Shown one piece after another: positions 1 to 8,071 of a stretch of DNA of 28,930 bases. Position numbers and translations under genes: made by a program. The stretch is from the NCBI GenBank assembly GCA_964454175.1, contig CAYVSA010000012.1, positions 3,208 to 32,137 on the forward strand, given 5' to 3'. The stretch comes from an uncultured Pseudomonadota bacterium. GTDB lineage: Bacteria; BMS3Abin14. The notes beneath the pieces are model-generated. The model had not been told where the DNA came from. It saw only the letters and a list, made by a program, of their open reading frames with translations, and searched no databases. Positions within the stretch are counted from its first letter, which is position 1. Every line of letters begins with the position of its first letter.

Positions 1-2
1 AG

Positions 3-71
3 TACAGATCCATTTTCGGGTACAAGTGCGCTCGGGGCAACTGTTATTACCCGGAAATTCAGGAAAGATAG
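3..71 (+). CDS. 3' end of a gene truncated by the window edge; probable U32-family (Fe-S hydroxylase-type) protein
   Basis: Frame from 3 reads YRSIFGYKCARGNCYYPEIQER-TAG(69-71). The C-x4-CYY tail and the position directly before a U32-like gene suggest the first member of a U32 pair. Only 22 codons are visible. Confidence 0.45.
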   Translation, partial: YRSIFGYKCARGNCYYPEIQER

Positions 72-83
72 TTCTCAGAGAAC

Positions 84-139
84 TGGATATTAGACCCTGG
101 ACGTCGGTCGTCGGGCATTGGATCATGGAGATTGGACGA
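84..139 (+). repeat. Degenerate tandem heptamer array (TGGAnnn)
   Basis: tggatat tagaccc tggacgt cggtcgt cgggcat tggatca tggagat tggacga: eight 7-mers in register. Confidence 0.8.
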
Positions 140-162
140 GACGAACAAATGGACTGACCAGT

Positions 163-969
163 ATGCGAAAAAGGATACTCAACATCCATAATAACAAAAT
201 GCCCACTGAAGACAGATGGGACGGGTTTCGTCTGGGTTCTGAAACATGCCCTCTCCTCCTGCCCGGGAAAGACCAGATACAGAGGGTAGCCGAGATGTTT
301 CCTCCCGACAAACTGAGCCTGGTGACGCCGCTGAGCGGACAGAGGGACCTTGATCTTGTTCTGTCAACGGCAGAGCTTGCCCTATCTCTCGGGTTTTCCG
401 AACTTGTAGTAAACGACTGGGGTGTTCTGCGCGAATTTTCCGGTGAAGGCAGAGGGAAACTCACCGCCGGCCGCCTGCTCATGAGGTTCAGGCGGGGTCC
501 TGGTCAGACTGATCCATGGGAAGATATGGATCTGAAATCGAGGAAATATTTTGCCTGGGGGCCCCTGTTTGACAGCGCATTATTGTCGTTTCTCAGAGGA
601 CTTGGGATCAGCCGGCTGGAGCTGGATCCGCCCCGTCACTGGCAGGATCTACCCGATTCGTCAGGGTTTGATCTTTCCTTTCATGGGGAGTTTCGACTGG
701 TATCCACAGCGGCGGTTTGTCCATGGCGGGAAGAAGATACACACGAGAGACCTGAAACCTTAGGGAACTGTCACAAGTGTCTTGATACCGGGCCAGTGTT
801 CCTGGATTCAGGACAGCTTGACAGGCCCCTGCTTCAGTGGGGGCGCTCCATCCTCGAAGATGCGGCAGCGGACTGGTCGGATAAGGCCCTGACGCCTGAA
901 GTCGACCGTATAATTTTTGAGGGAGAGCCTCTGTCTGGCATGGTTTCTGCTAATAACTCTAGTTGGTAG
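163..969 (+). CDS. U32-family-like partner protein (UbiV-like small subunit)
   Basis: Motifs RLGSETC, LSLVTP, ELVVNDWGVL, AGRLL and late Cys cluster (CPW..CHKC) resemble U32-family barrels. Start moved to ATG 163 because the track start at 118 lies inside the heptamer repeat. Confidence 0.65.
   Translation: MRKRILNIHNNKMPTEDRWDGFRLGSETCPLLLPGKDQIQRVAEMFPPDKLSLVTPLSGQRDLDLVLSTAELALSLGFSELVVNDWGVLREFSGEGRGKLTAGRLLMRFRRGPGQTDPWEDMDLKSRKYFAWGPLFDSALLSFLRGLGISRLELDPPRHWQDLPDSSGFDLSFHGEFRLVSTAAVCPWREEDTHERPETLGNCHKCLDTGPVFLDSGQLDRPLLQWGRSILEDAAADWSDKALTPEVDRIIFEGEPLSGMVSANNSSW
936..951 (+). promoter_or_regulatory. Putative sigma54 (-24/-12) promoter
   Basis: TGGCATGGTTTCTGCT has exact GG-N10-GC spacing and lies about 130 nt upstream of the AAA gene start. 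A sigma54 activator is encoded in the cluster. Confidence 0.6.
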
Positions 970-1009
970 TATTTACTCATCATACACTTCGCATCACGAT
1001 CCGGGGTTT

Positions 1010-1065
1010 TGGATCTTGGACTCTGGATCAATGCACCTGGGTCATGGGTCATGGGTCCTGGGACC
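1010..1065 (+). repeat. Degenerate tandem heptamer array (TGGRnnn)
   Basis: tggatct tggactc tggatca atgcacc tgggtca tgggtca tgggtcc tgggacc. Confidence 0.8.
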
Positions 1066-1083
1066 GAGCCACAGGGAGAAAAC

Positions 1084-1965
1084 ATGCATCGAAAACTCAA
1101 CCGCATCTACTATGAAGTCAAGGAGCCTGAGGTCACCTGGGACGACATCGGGGGTCTTGATGAAGTTAAGAAAAATGTCCAGGAGATGATCAGCCTTCCC
1201 CTGAAAAAAGGCGAGATCATGGAGAAACACGGCCTGACGATCCCGGCTGGTGTCCTGATATGGGGTCCGCTGGGTATTGGCATAACGATGCTTGCCGAGG
1301 CCGCGGCAACCGACGCCGGCGTGAGCTATGTCTACATATCAGGACAGGAGATGCTGGGAAAGCCCGAGCAGATCAAGAACGCGTTTCACGACGCAAGGCA
1401 CGAAGCTCCATGTGTACTTTACATATCCGACACCGAGTGGCTCGCCCCCAGGGCAGGGTCTGATTACTCATGGGGTGATGGCAACATGAGAGGAGTTCCT
1501 CCCACTTTTGCGGATAAGGAACTGACGGAGGTATTCATACGGGAAATAGACGCTATTCAGGACAGGAAGGACATAATGCTGGTGGGTTCAGCGTACAGGA
1601 TAGACGTCGTCGACCAGGCTATAATCAAGGAGAAAAAGAGGTTCAACCGAAAGATCTTCGTTCCCCCAACAAGCACTGCGGACAGGGTGGGTATGCTCCG
1701 GATATATGTTGATCGAATTCCTACACTGGATGGTAAGCTGAACCTGGAAGAGCTTGCCGCGATGACTGAAGGCTTCGTAGGCTGGGATATCGAGAACCTT
1801 TGTAAAAGAGCTGTTCTGAAGGCCGTAGATCGAAATTCCGACAGGGTTCAGAGGGAAGATTTCGTGCAGTCCGTCGCCGAAGTGGAGCCCTGGATTCTGC
1901 CGGATATGGCACAGAAATACCAGGAGATATACCGTAATGACTGCCCCCACCACTATGCTTTCTGA
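1084..1965 (+). CDS. CDC48/FtsH-type AAA+ domain protein with degenerate Walker motifs
   Basis: VTWDDIGGLDEVK, GVLIWGP, APCVLYI, RFNRKIFVP and TEGFVGWDIENLCKRA are classic AAA scaffold motifs. Walker A is GPLGIGIT (Lys lost). RBS AGGGAGA precedes ATG 1084. Confidence 0.85.
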   Translation: MHRKLNRIYYEVKEPEVTWDDIGGLDEVKKNVQEMISLPLKKGEIMEKHGLTIPAGVLIWGPLGIGITMLAEAAATDAGVSYVYISGQEMLGKPEQIKNAFHDARHEAPCVLYISDTEWLAPRAGSDYSWGDGNMRGVPPTFADKELTEVFIREIDAIQDRKDIMLVGSAYRIDVVDQAIIKEKKRFNRKIFVPPTSTADRVGMLRIYVDRIPTLDGKLNLEELAAMTEGFVGWDIENLCKRAVLKAVDRNSDRVQREDFVQSVAEVEPWILPDMAQKYQEIYRNDCPHHYAF

Positions 1966-2401
1966 ACCGGATCTGCAGCTTATCCTCTCTTTCCACGGGC
2001 ACTACTGCCCCATGGTGCTCATGGGTGCGAGACAGGCCCGGACAGCGGTGAAGGGTTTTGAATTATTGTCGGGGCACTCGGGCCGCGCTTACTCCTTTTA
2101 CAGGGGATATGGATGTGCCCTTGATGGTATCCAGATTTTTAGCGGGTGCACGCTGGGAAATGGCAATTTGACACTGCTGAGGGGAAAGGATTTCTCGCTG
2201 ATTTTCACCTATGAGGGTCTGGACTCTGCTTTCATAGTGAAGCCCCGGGAGGATCTGCTGGTTGAGATCCGAACAAGGTCGAACTCTTCTCTTAATTCTC
2301 CCCTGTCTGAAAGGATCCTGAAGGGAGCTGACGGCGATCTCTTTTCTCTGGATGAGGTTGAGGGAACGGGAGTTATCACCCTTTTCCCGGAGGACGGATG
2401 A
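1955..2401 (+). CDS. FmdE (formylmethanofuran dehydrogenase subunit E)-family protein
   Basis: FHGHYCP...G and CALDGIQIFSGCTLGNGNL are the FmdE signature motifs. Start 1955 preferred over 1937. Confidence 0.85.
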   Translation: MLSEPDLQLILSFHGHYCPMVLMGARQARTAVKGFELLSGHSGRAYSFYRGYGCALDGIQIFSGCTLGNGNLTLLRGKDFSLIFTYEGLDSAFIVKPREDLLVEIRTRSNSSLNSPLSERILKGADGDLFSLDEVEGTGVITLFPEDG

Positions 2402-3351
2402 CCGGCTACCTGGCTGAAGGAATATCGTTATTCGCCAGCGAGCTATGGCTGATGGTGCCCGCCCTGGCAATAGGCGTGGGTGTCGGAGCCTTTATAAAAA
2501 CCTTCCAGTGGGACCTTAAACTCAGGGCACATATGGCCGATAAGGGCAGCTCTACAATTCCCCTGGCCGTTTTTCTTGGACTGTTCAGCCCCCTTTGTGC
2601 CTGCGGCGTGCTGCCGGTGGTAATACCCCTTGCTGTTTCGGGAGTTCCGCTGCCCCCTCTTCTGGCCCTCCTGGCCACATCACCACTTATGAGCCCGGAT
2701 GCCTTCTCAATCACATGGGCGGGGCTTGGACCCACTATGGCCTGGACCAAACTGATCGCCGCGGCGGGTGTGGGAACAATGGTGGGCACTGTAACTTATC
2801 TCCTTGAAAAACGTAATATTTTTTCAGATGAACCGGTGAAAATTAAGCCCGTACACGGTGCTGACGGGAGGGTGGGCACCGCCCTTGAGATCGCCTGTGA
2901 AAATGATATCACCATTCCGAGCATGGTTGTCCAACCAAGGGACAACAGGTTTTTGTTCTTCCTCGATCGTGGAAAAGACCTGCTCCTGTTCATGGGCAAG
3001 TTCCTCGTCATGGCAATCTTCTTGCAGGTGCTGATGGAGATGTTCCTCCCGATGGACGCTGTGCGGTTCCTCGCGGGTAAAGCCGACACGAGTTCCCTGC
3101 TCTGGGCAGCCATTCTCGGCACGCCCCTTCCTGCACACCAGGTTCCCGTCGTGCCGGTTCTCAAGGGCCTGCTGGACCTGGGAATGGACAGGGGGGCAGC
3201 GGTAACCTTTCTTGTGGCCGGTCCTGTTACGAGCCTGCCTGCCCTGGTGGTCCTGTGGAAGATGTTCCACAGGAGGGTTTTCTTCGTATACCTCTCCCTG
3301 TGCCTGGCAGGGGCGGTATTTGCAGGAGCTCTTTACAGGGCATTCATCTGA
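2398..3351 (+). CDS. DUF318/ArsP-like permease
   Basis: Multiple hydrophobic segments with SPLCACGVLP, LLATSPLMSP and GAAVTFLVAGPVTSLP. ATGA overlap with the upstream gene. Confidence 0.85.
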   Translation: MTGYLAEGISLFASELWLMVPALAIGVGVGAFIKTFQWDLKLRAHMADKGSSTIPLAVFLGLFSPLCACGVLPVVIPLAVSGVPLPPLLALLATSPLMSPDAFSITWAGLGPTMAWTKLIAAAGVGTMVGTVTYLLEKRNIFSDEPVKIKPVHGADGRVGTALEIACENDITIPSMVVQPRDNRFLFFLDRGKDLLLFMGKFLVMAIFLQVLMEMFLPMDAVRFLAGKADTSSLLWAAILGTPLPAHQVPVVPVLKGLLDLGMDRGAAVTFLVAGPVTSLPALVVLWKMFHRRVFFVYLSLCLAGAVFAGALYRAFI

Positions 3352-3357
3352 GAGGAT

Positions 3358-3398
3358 ATTCTGACAATTGTGAGTCTCGCAGGCAGGATTCTGTCAAT
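3358..3398. promoter_or_regulatory. Direct repeat ATTCTG(A/T)CAAT x2, candidate regulator boxes
   Basis: attctgacaat (3358-3368) and attctgtcaat (3388-3398), 30 bp apart in the intergenic region. Confidence 0.4.
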
Positions 3399-3481
3399 AC
3401 CGTATTTTAAATATATGCGTTTTTCTGGTAAGTTGTGGGTGGGTTTACTGTGGTTATTATTTAGATCCTAGGAGGTTGATT

Positions 3482-4939
3482 ATGATTTGCGGGGCGAGGT
3501 CCAAAGTTATTTGCCTGGCTGTTTTCACCTTGCTGTTTTTTCCCATCAACGGTTTTTCTCTGAACTTTACAGACATCACTGATGTCGCCGGTGTCGGGGA
3601 GCGCGGACACGGAAAGGGTGTGGCCTTTGCCGACTTTGATGGTGACGGCGACCTGGACCTTTATGTATCGAACAAGGGGGGAGAGAATGCCCTTTTCAGG
3701 AACGATGGAAAAGGCGTGTTCGAAAATGTATCGGAAACAGCCGGAGACGGGCTCGCTGATTCGGGATTTTCAATGGGATCCGTTTTCAGTGATTTCGACA
3801 ACGACGGTGACCAGGACCTTTATATAGTGAAGGGCGGCCGCTATGAACTGGAGGCAAACAGACTCCTCCTCAACGATGGCGGTAAATTTGTTGACATCAC
3901 CAGGCGTTCGGGAACCGGCTCCAAGGATTTTACATATGCTGCAGCCTTTGCAGATATAGATAACGATGGATATCTGGATCTGTATCTTGCCAACTACGGT
4001 GTCGGTGCAAGAAACACTCTCTATAGAAATAACGGGGACCTCACATTTACGGATGTAACCGATAAAGCTGGTGTAGGTGACCGCAGCTGGAGCTGGAGCG
4101 CTGTGTTCGGTGATGTTAACGGTGACGGTTTTCAGGACCTTTATGTGGTCAACGGGCGCTATCCTGCGGGTGAGCCCAACCGGCTGTACGTCAATAATGG
4201 CGACGGCACTTTTCACGACGCTTCCGTGCAGGCTGGTGTGAATGATGGTAATTGGGGCCTGGGCGCAGCTTTTGCCGATGTGGACAACGATGGGGACTTT
4301 GATCTGTTTGTTTCAAACTACGTGGGCCCCAATAAAATCTTTATCAACGACGGTGCCGGGATCTTCACAGACAACTCGGAAGGATCAGGCCTTGCTGATA
4401 ATGGTTGGGGCAAAGGGCCATCTTTCGGAGATGTAGACCATGACGGTGACCTGGATCTGTATGAAGGCGATTGCAAACTGGCCAATAAGCTCTACCTGAA
4501 CGATGGTACGGGAAGGTTCAAAGACGTGGCGGACAGTATCCCCGTTCTCAAGAACGAGACAGTCAGGACCAAGGGCACGGCATTCGCGGATATTGATGAT
4601 GACGGTGATCTTGACCTTTACGTCGTAAACTGGGGGGTTTCCAACAGGCTTTACAGGAACGAACAGAACGATAAGAAGTTCATCAAGGTGCGAATTTCCG
4701 GGACTGTCAGCAACGCCGATGCCGTGGGCGCCAGGGTCTCGGTATTCAAGGGCAAAGATCTTGTTGGCCTCCAGGAAGTGAGGACCATGACCGGGTTCTG
4801 TTCACAGCAGCCCACGGAGCTTCACTTCGGGCTTCCCGCTCGAGGTGTCTATACTATTAAAGTTAATTTTCCAAGCGGCATAATATACGAAGGGAGCGTG
4901 TCTTCCGGAGAGACAGTCAGGATCATTGAGGGAAGCTAG
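3482..4939 (+). CDS. Exported FG-GAP/VCBS beta-propeller with C-terminal ASPIC/UnbV domain (CRTAC1-like)
   Basis: Signal peptide; seven D-x-D/N-x-D-G-x-x-D-L repeats; C-terminal SNADAVGARV...SQQPTELHFGL. GGAGG at 3471-3475 is correctly spaced to ATG 3482. Confidence 0.92.
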   Translation: MICGARSKVICLAVFTLLFFPINGFSLNFTDITDVAGVGERGHGKGVAFADFDGDGDLDLYVSNKGGENALFRNDGKGVFENVSETAGDGLADSGFSMGSVFSDFDNDGDQDLYIVKGGRYELEANRLLLNDGGKFVDITRRSGTGSKDFTYAAAFADIDNDGYLDLYLANYGVGARNTLYRNNGDLTFTDVTDKAGVGDRSWSWSAVFGDVNGDGFQDLYVVNGRYPAGEPNRLYVNNGDGTFHDASVQAGVNDGNWGLGAAFADVDNDGDFDLFVSNYVGPNKIFINDGAGIFTDNSEGSGLADNGWGKGPSFGDVDHDGDLDLYEGDCKLANKLYLNDGTGRFKDVADSIPVLKNETVRTKGTAFADIDDDGDLDLYVVNWGVSNRLYRNEQNDKKFIKVRISGTVSNADAVGARVSVFKGKDLVGLQEVRTMTGFCSQQPTELHFGLPARGVYTIKVNFPSGIIYEGSVSSGETVRIIEGS

Positions 4940-4963
4940 TGTAATTAGTTGAAAGTTAAAAGT

Positions 4964-5001
4964 CCTTCGACTCTGCTCAGGACCGTGAGTCTGTCGAACG
5001 G
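4964..5001. repeat. REP-like imperfect palindrome
   Basis: ccTTCGACtctgCTCAggaccgTGAGtctGTCGAAcgg: TTCGAC/GTCGAA and CTCA/TGAG arms. Single copy in this window. Confidence 0.5.
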
Positions 5002-5066
5002 TTGAGGGCTGCAGGCGGAAATGATCTGGAAGACCCGCAGCCTGACTATATATCAACTATCCTGCG

Positions 5067-5092
5067 AGGGGCTGAATGGCAGCCCCTTTTTT
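5067..5092 (+). terminator. Rho-independent terminator
   Basis: AGGGGCTG-aatgg-CAGCCCCT running into a T-tract (5087-5092). Confidence 0.75.
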
Positions 5093-5132
5093 CAAATGGT
5101 CACCGGACGTAACTTTAAACTGATGCGAGACA

Positions 5133-6212
5133 ATGAAAAAGCCTTTGTATATCACCTTGTGCAAACATATCTTTGTCCTGTCAACAGCGCTCATCCTGGT
5201 GTCTGTATACGGCTGTGCTGCGCAGAAGACAGTCAAAAAAACCGGATTGGTCACAATCGAGGGGGAGACTCGCTACAACGGCGAAATTCTGCCTGGAGCG
5301 AAAATTGTCGCTTTCAAAGGCAGCCCTCTGGGCGATTTCGTCGAAGCCGATACGGGGCCTGAAGGCGGCTTTATACTCGAACTGGAGAAAGGTTCCTATT
5401 TCATTACGGGGAAAGGCACTGATCCCTCAGATGGCAGGCCTCTGGCAGCTTACTGGGTCGGCAACCCTCTCAATCTATACGGTGCATTTACCGGTAAATT
5501 CATATTACCCTTCGTTCTGGAGACCGATCCGGCTGAGCTGACAGCAGGTGAGGGCATCAGGGGGCACATCCTCAGCCGCGAAAGGCCGGTTGCCGGGGCA
5601 GTTGTTTTTGCCTATCTGGATCTTTCCTCAGAGCTTCACGGTCCTCCATATTCTATTAGTTCCACCTCGGATGAGGATGGCGAGTTCAGCCTCGCGACCA
5701 TGCCGGGCACCTACTTTCTCACAGCACGTAAGCGTCTTGACGGTGTCTCCCGGCAGGGGCCGCTCCTCAAGGGTGACCTGGCAGGCTACTACCCTCACAA
5801 CCCGGTCACCTTGAGGGAAGGTCGGGGACTCTTGCTGGATATTGCCCTCGTAAAGGTCAACCGCCCACGGGGGGAGGGGTCCCTTTCACCTGGCCAGGCG
5901 ATCGTCCTGGAGGGCACTGTGACAGACGAAACGGGTAACCCCGCAAAGGGTGTCAGAGCATATCTTTACAGTACCTCCGATATGATAGGGAGGCCGGCTT
6001 TCATCTCTTCCCTGACAGATGAAAGTGGTCAATACAGGTTGGAAGCTTCCGGCGTTGGAACGTATTATCTTGCTGCGCGCTCCCACATAGGCGGCCCTCC
6101 GGAACCTGGTCAGATGATGGGTTTTTACCAGGGCAGCGATGACCATTCGGTCATTCTGCGATGGGGCAGCCATCTGACCGGGCTTGACATGAAGATCCTC
6201 AAGGTATGGTGA
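5133..6212 (+). CDS. Lipoprotein with repeated carboxypeptidase-regulatory-like beta-sandwich domains (paralog 1)
   Basis: Lipobox VYGC; repeats of type S..TD..G.Y.L....G.YYL.AR...GPP; ends KVW. Confidence 0.8.
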   Translation: MKKPLYITLCKHIFVLSTALILVSVYGCAAQKTVKKTGLVTIEGETRYNGEILPGAKIVAFKGSPLGDFVEADTGPEGGFILELEKGSYFITGKGTDPSDGRPLAAYWVGNPLNLYGAFTGKFILPFVLETDPAELTAGEGIRGHILSRERPVAGAVVFAYLDLSSELHGPPYSISSTSDEDGEFSLATMPGTYFLTARKRLDGVSRQGPLLKGDLAGYYPHNPVTLREGRGLLLDIALVKVNRPRGEGSLSPGQAIVLEGTVTDETGNPAKGVRAYLYSTSDMIGRPAFISSLTDESGQYRLEASGVGTYYLAARSHIGGPPEPGQMMGFYQGSDDHSVILRWGSHLTGLDMKILKVW

Positions 6213-8071
6213 GACTGCTTCTCCTCCTGGCTTTCCTGATGCCTGCATGTGCGGGTCTACCCGTATTGTCCAAGGGCAGCGTTGCTCCTCTGCCCGGAAA
6301 AATAAACGGCAATCTGCAGGTTGCCGGGAAAGTACTCATCCGGGGTACCGTCAGGGTTTCCCCCGGCGCTGAACTCACATTGGCTCCCGGCACAGTAGTC
6401 CTTTTTGAGCCGCGTGACGAGGACGGTGACGGGATCTCCGACACCAGACTCGTGGTTGAAGGGACTATTACCGCCAGAGGTACTCCGCCACTGCCCGTAA
6501 TATTTACGAGCGCAAGTACTGACCCATCTCCCGGCGACTGGCTGGAGATCAGGGTCGACAGGAGCAGCGGCAACGTGTTTGAACACTGTATAGTCGAGTT
6601 CTCCCGGTATGGCCTGCACTCTCACTTCAGCTCCGGTGTTGTCGCTGACAGCATCTTCAGGCGTAATATCGATGGTACCCGTTTCGGAAGGTCCCGCTTT
6701 GTGGTCAGGAACAACCGGTTTGAGGACAACATAGGCAAAGGGATCAATCTGCGCCAATCCCCGGTTTATTTGTACGAAAATTTGATATCGGGCAACAGAC
6801 ACGGCCTCTTCCTGTTTGAAGGGGGCAGCGGTACCGTGTTGGACGGGAACGTTTTTACAGGCAACTCGGCGAGTGATGTTCGCTTGGGTGATTTTTTCAC
6901 GGGCGAGCTGCCCAGATTCGGGCGAAATGCAAAAAATGACGGAAGCGCCCTGCTTTTTGATGGACCCGAAGCGATCTTGAAGGAACTCCCAGACCTGAGC
7001 GAGACCATGCAGTTTTCAGGGCACGCAGGCCCAAGGGTACTCGACGTTTCCCTGGTAAAATTCTGGGAGACTTCTGCAGGTGGGTTTATTGATGCTGCCC
7101 CATTTTCCATGCCCGGCGGGCGAATTGGAGCGGCCACCTGGAACGGAGAGATCCTGCAGATCTCGGGGCAAAACGGTTCGGTTCTCAGAAGGACAGTAAT
7201 TGGTGATGTTGTGGATGCGACACCGGTAGTCTTTGATGAATGGGTCTTTTTTCCTGCCTGGGACCTCAGGGTAAGAAGGGTAGATCTTGATTCAGGCAAG
7301 GTGGATGGTGAGCAAGATTGGCCGCGATCTCCCGCCGACGATCACAGGCAGGGTGATCCTGTCCTGGCGCGGTCAGGATTTGATGGTGCAAGTATCCTGT
7401 TCGGCCTCTGGGACGGTGAGGCCGCTGCCCTGGATCCTGTGAAAATGGTCTGGAAATGGCGCACGCAGCTCGACGGGCCAACAAGGACCGGGGTAGTTTT
7501 TGATGGAGCGAATTTCTGGTTGGGTACGGACGAAGGAACAGTGTATGCGTTAAATCAAAGAGGCGATATTTTCAGAGAAGTGTCCCTGGGGAGCCGGGTC
7601 CGGGCAAAACCTTCCGTACTGGGCAAGGATGACCTTGTTTTTTCAATCTGGGATGGAAGGGTAATTAGGCTCCGAGCCGGTCAGGTCCTCTGGGAAAAGA
7701 AACTCCTGGGAAAAGGAACCTACGCCGGTCCGGTTTCAGGAATTTCTCCTGTAGGCGCGATCGCTGCAGCTGACGGTTCAGGAAATCTCTATCTCTTTGA
7801 TAATGACGGTGTCCTGCTGTGGCGCGTGGGCCTCGGATCTGCTGTTCATACACTATCTATGGCAGATAATATCCTGTGGGCCGGAACACAGAAGGGAGAC
7901 CTTTACGCTGTCAAATCGTCCACGGGCAGGGTGCTGGGCAATCTGCATACGGGAGGCGCGATCCACGGCAGGCCCCTGCACGAATCAGGTACCATGATCT
8001 TCGGGTCGAGGGACGGTTTCCTCAGGGCATTTACAGAGACGGTTACGGAGGCTCCATGGGAATGGAAGTGA
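6206..8071 (+). CDS. Exported right-handed beta-helix (NosD-like) fused to PQQ-like/BamB-type beta-propeller
   Basis: N-terminal Asn/Gly-rich beta-helix turns (NNRFEDNIGKGI, ENLISGNRHGL); C-terminal Trp-docking propeller repeats (GNLYLFDNDGVLLW, IFGSRDGFLRAF). Confidence 0.8.
   Translation: MVRLLLLLAFLMPACAGLPVLSKGSVAPLPGKINGNLQVAGKVLIRGTVRVSPGAELTLAPGTVVLFEPRDEDGDGISDTRLVVEGTITARGTPPLPVIFTSASTDPSPGDWLEIRVDRSSGNVFEHCIVEFSRYGLHSHFSSGVVADSIFRRNIDGTRFGRSRFVVRNNRFEDNIGKGINLRQSPVYLYENLISGNRHGLFLFEGGSGTVLDGNVFTGNSASDVRLGDFFTGELPRFGRNAKNDGSALLFDGPEAILKELPDLSETMQFSGHAGPRVLDVSLVKFWETSAGGFIDAAPFSMPGGRIGAATWNGEILQISGQNGSVLRRTVIGDVVDATPVVFDEWVFFPAWDLRVRRVDLDSGKVDGEQDWPRSPADDHRQGDPVLARSGFDGASILFGLWDGEAAALDPVKMVWKWRTQLDGPTRTGVVFDGANFWLGTDEGTVYALNQRGDIFREVSLGSRVRAKPSVLGKDDLVFSIWDGRVIRLRAGQVLWEKKLLGKGTYAGPVSGISPVGAIAAADGSGNLYLFDNDGVLLWRVGLGSAVHTLSMADNILWAGTQKGDLYAVKSSTGRVLGNLHTGGAIHGRPLHESGTMIFGSRDGFLRAFTETVTEAPWEWK

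Noticed and set aside
4940-5132. Cyclic-dinucleotide (GEMM) riboswitch before 5133
   Set aside because: ATGGCAGCC and a terminator are present, but the GGCAAA/GAAA/GCAAA core is not. The stems are explained by the REP-like hairpin and terminator.
7876-8055. N-terminal extension of the SAM protein (likewise 118-162, 1009-1083, 27776-27922)
   Set aside because: These overlap upstream genes or repeats, show no family-like sequence, and better RBS or coupled starts exist downstream.
6206-8071. PQQ-dependent dehydrogenase or BamB call
   Set aside because: Only generic propeller repeats are visible, with no quinoprotein catalytic motifs, and it is fused to a beta-helix.
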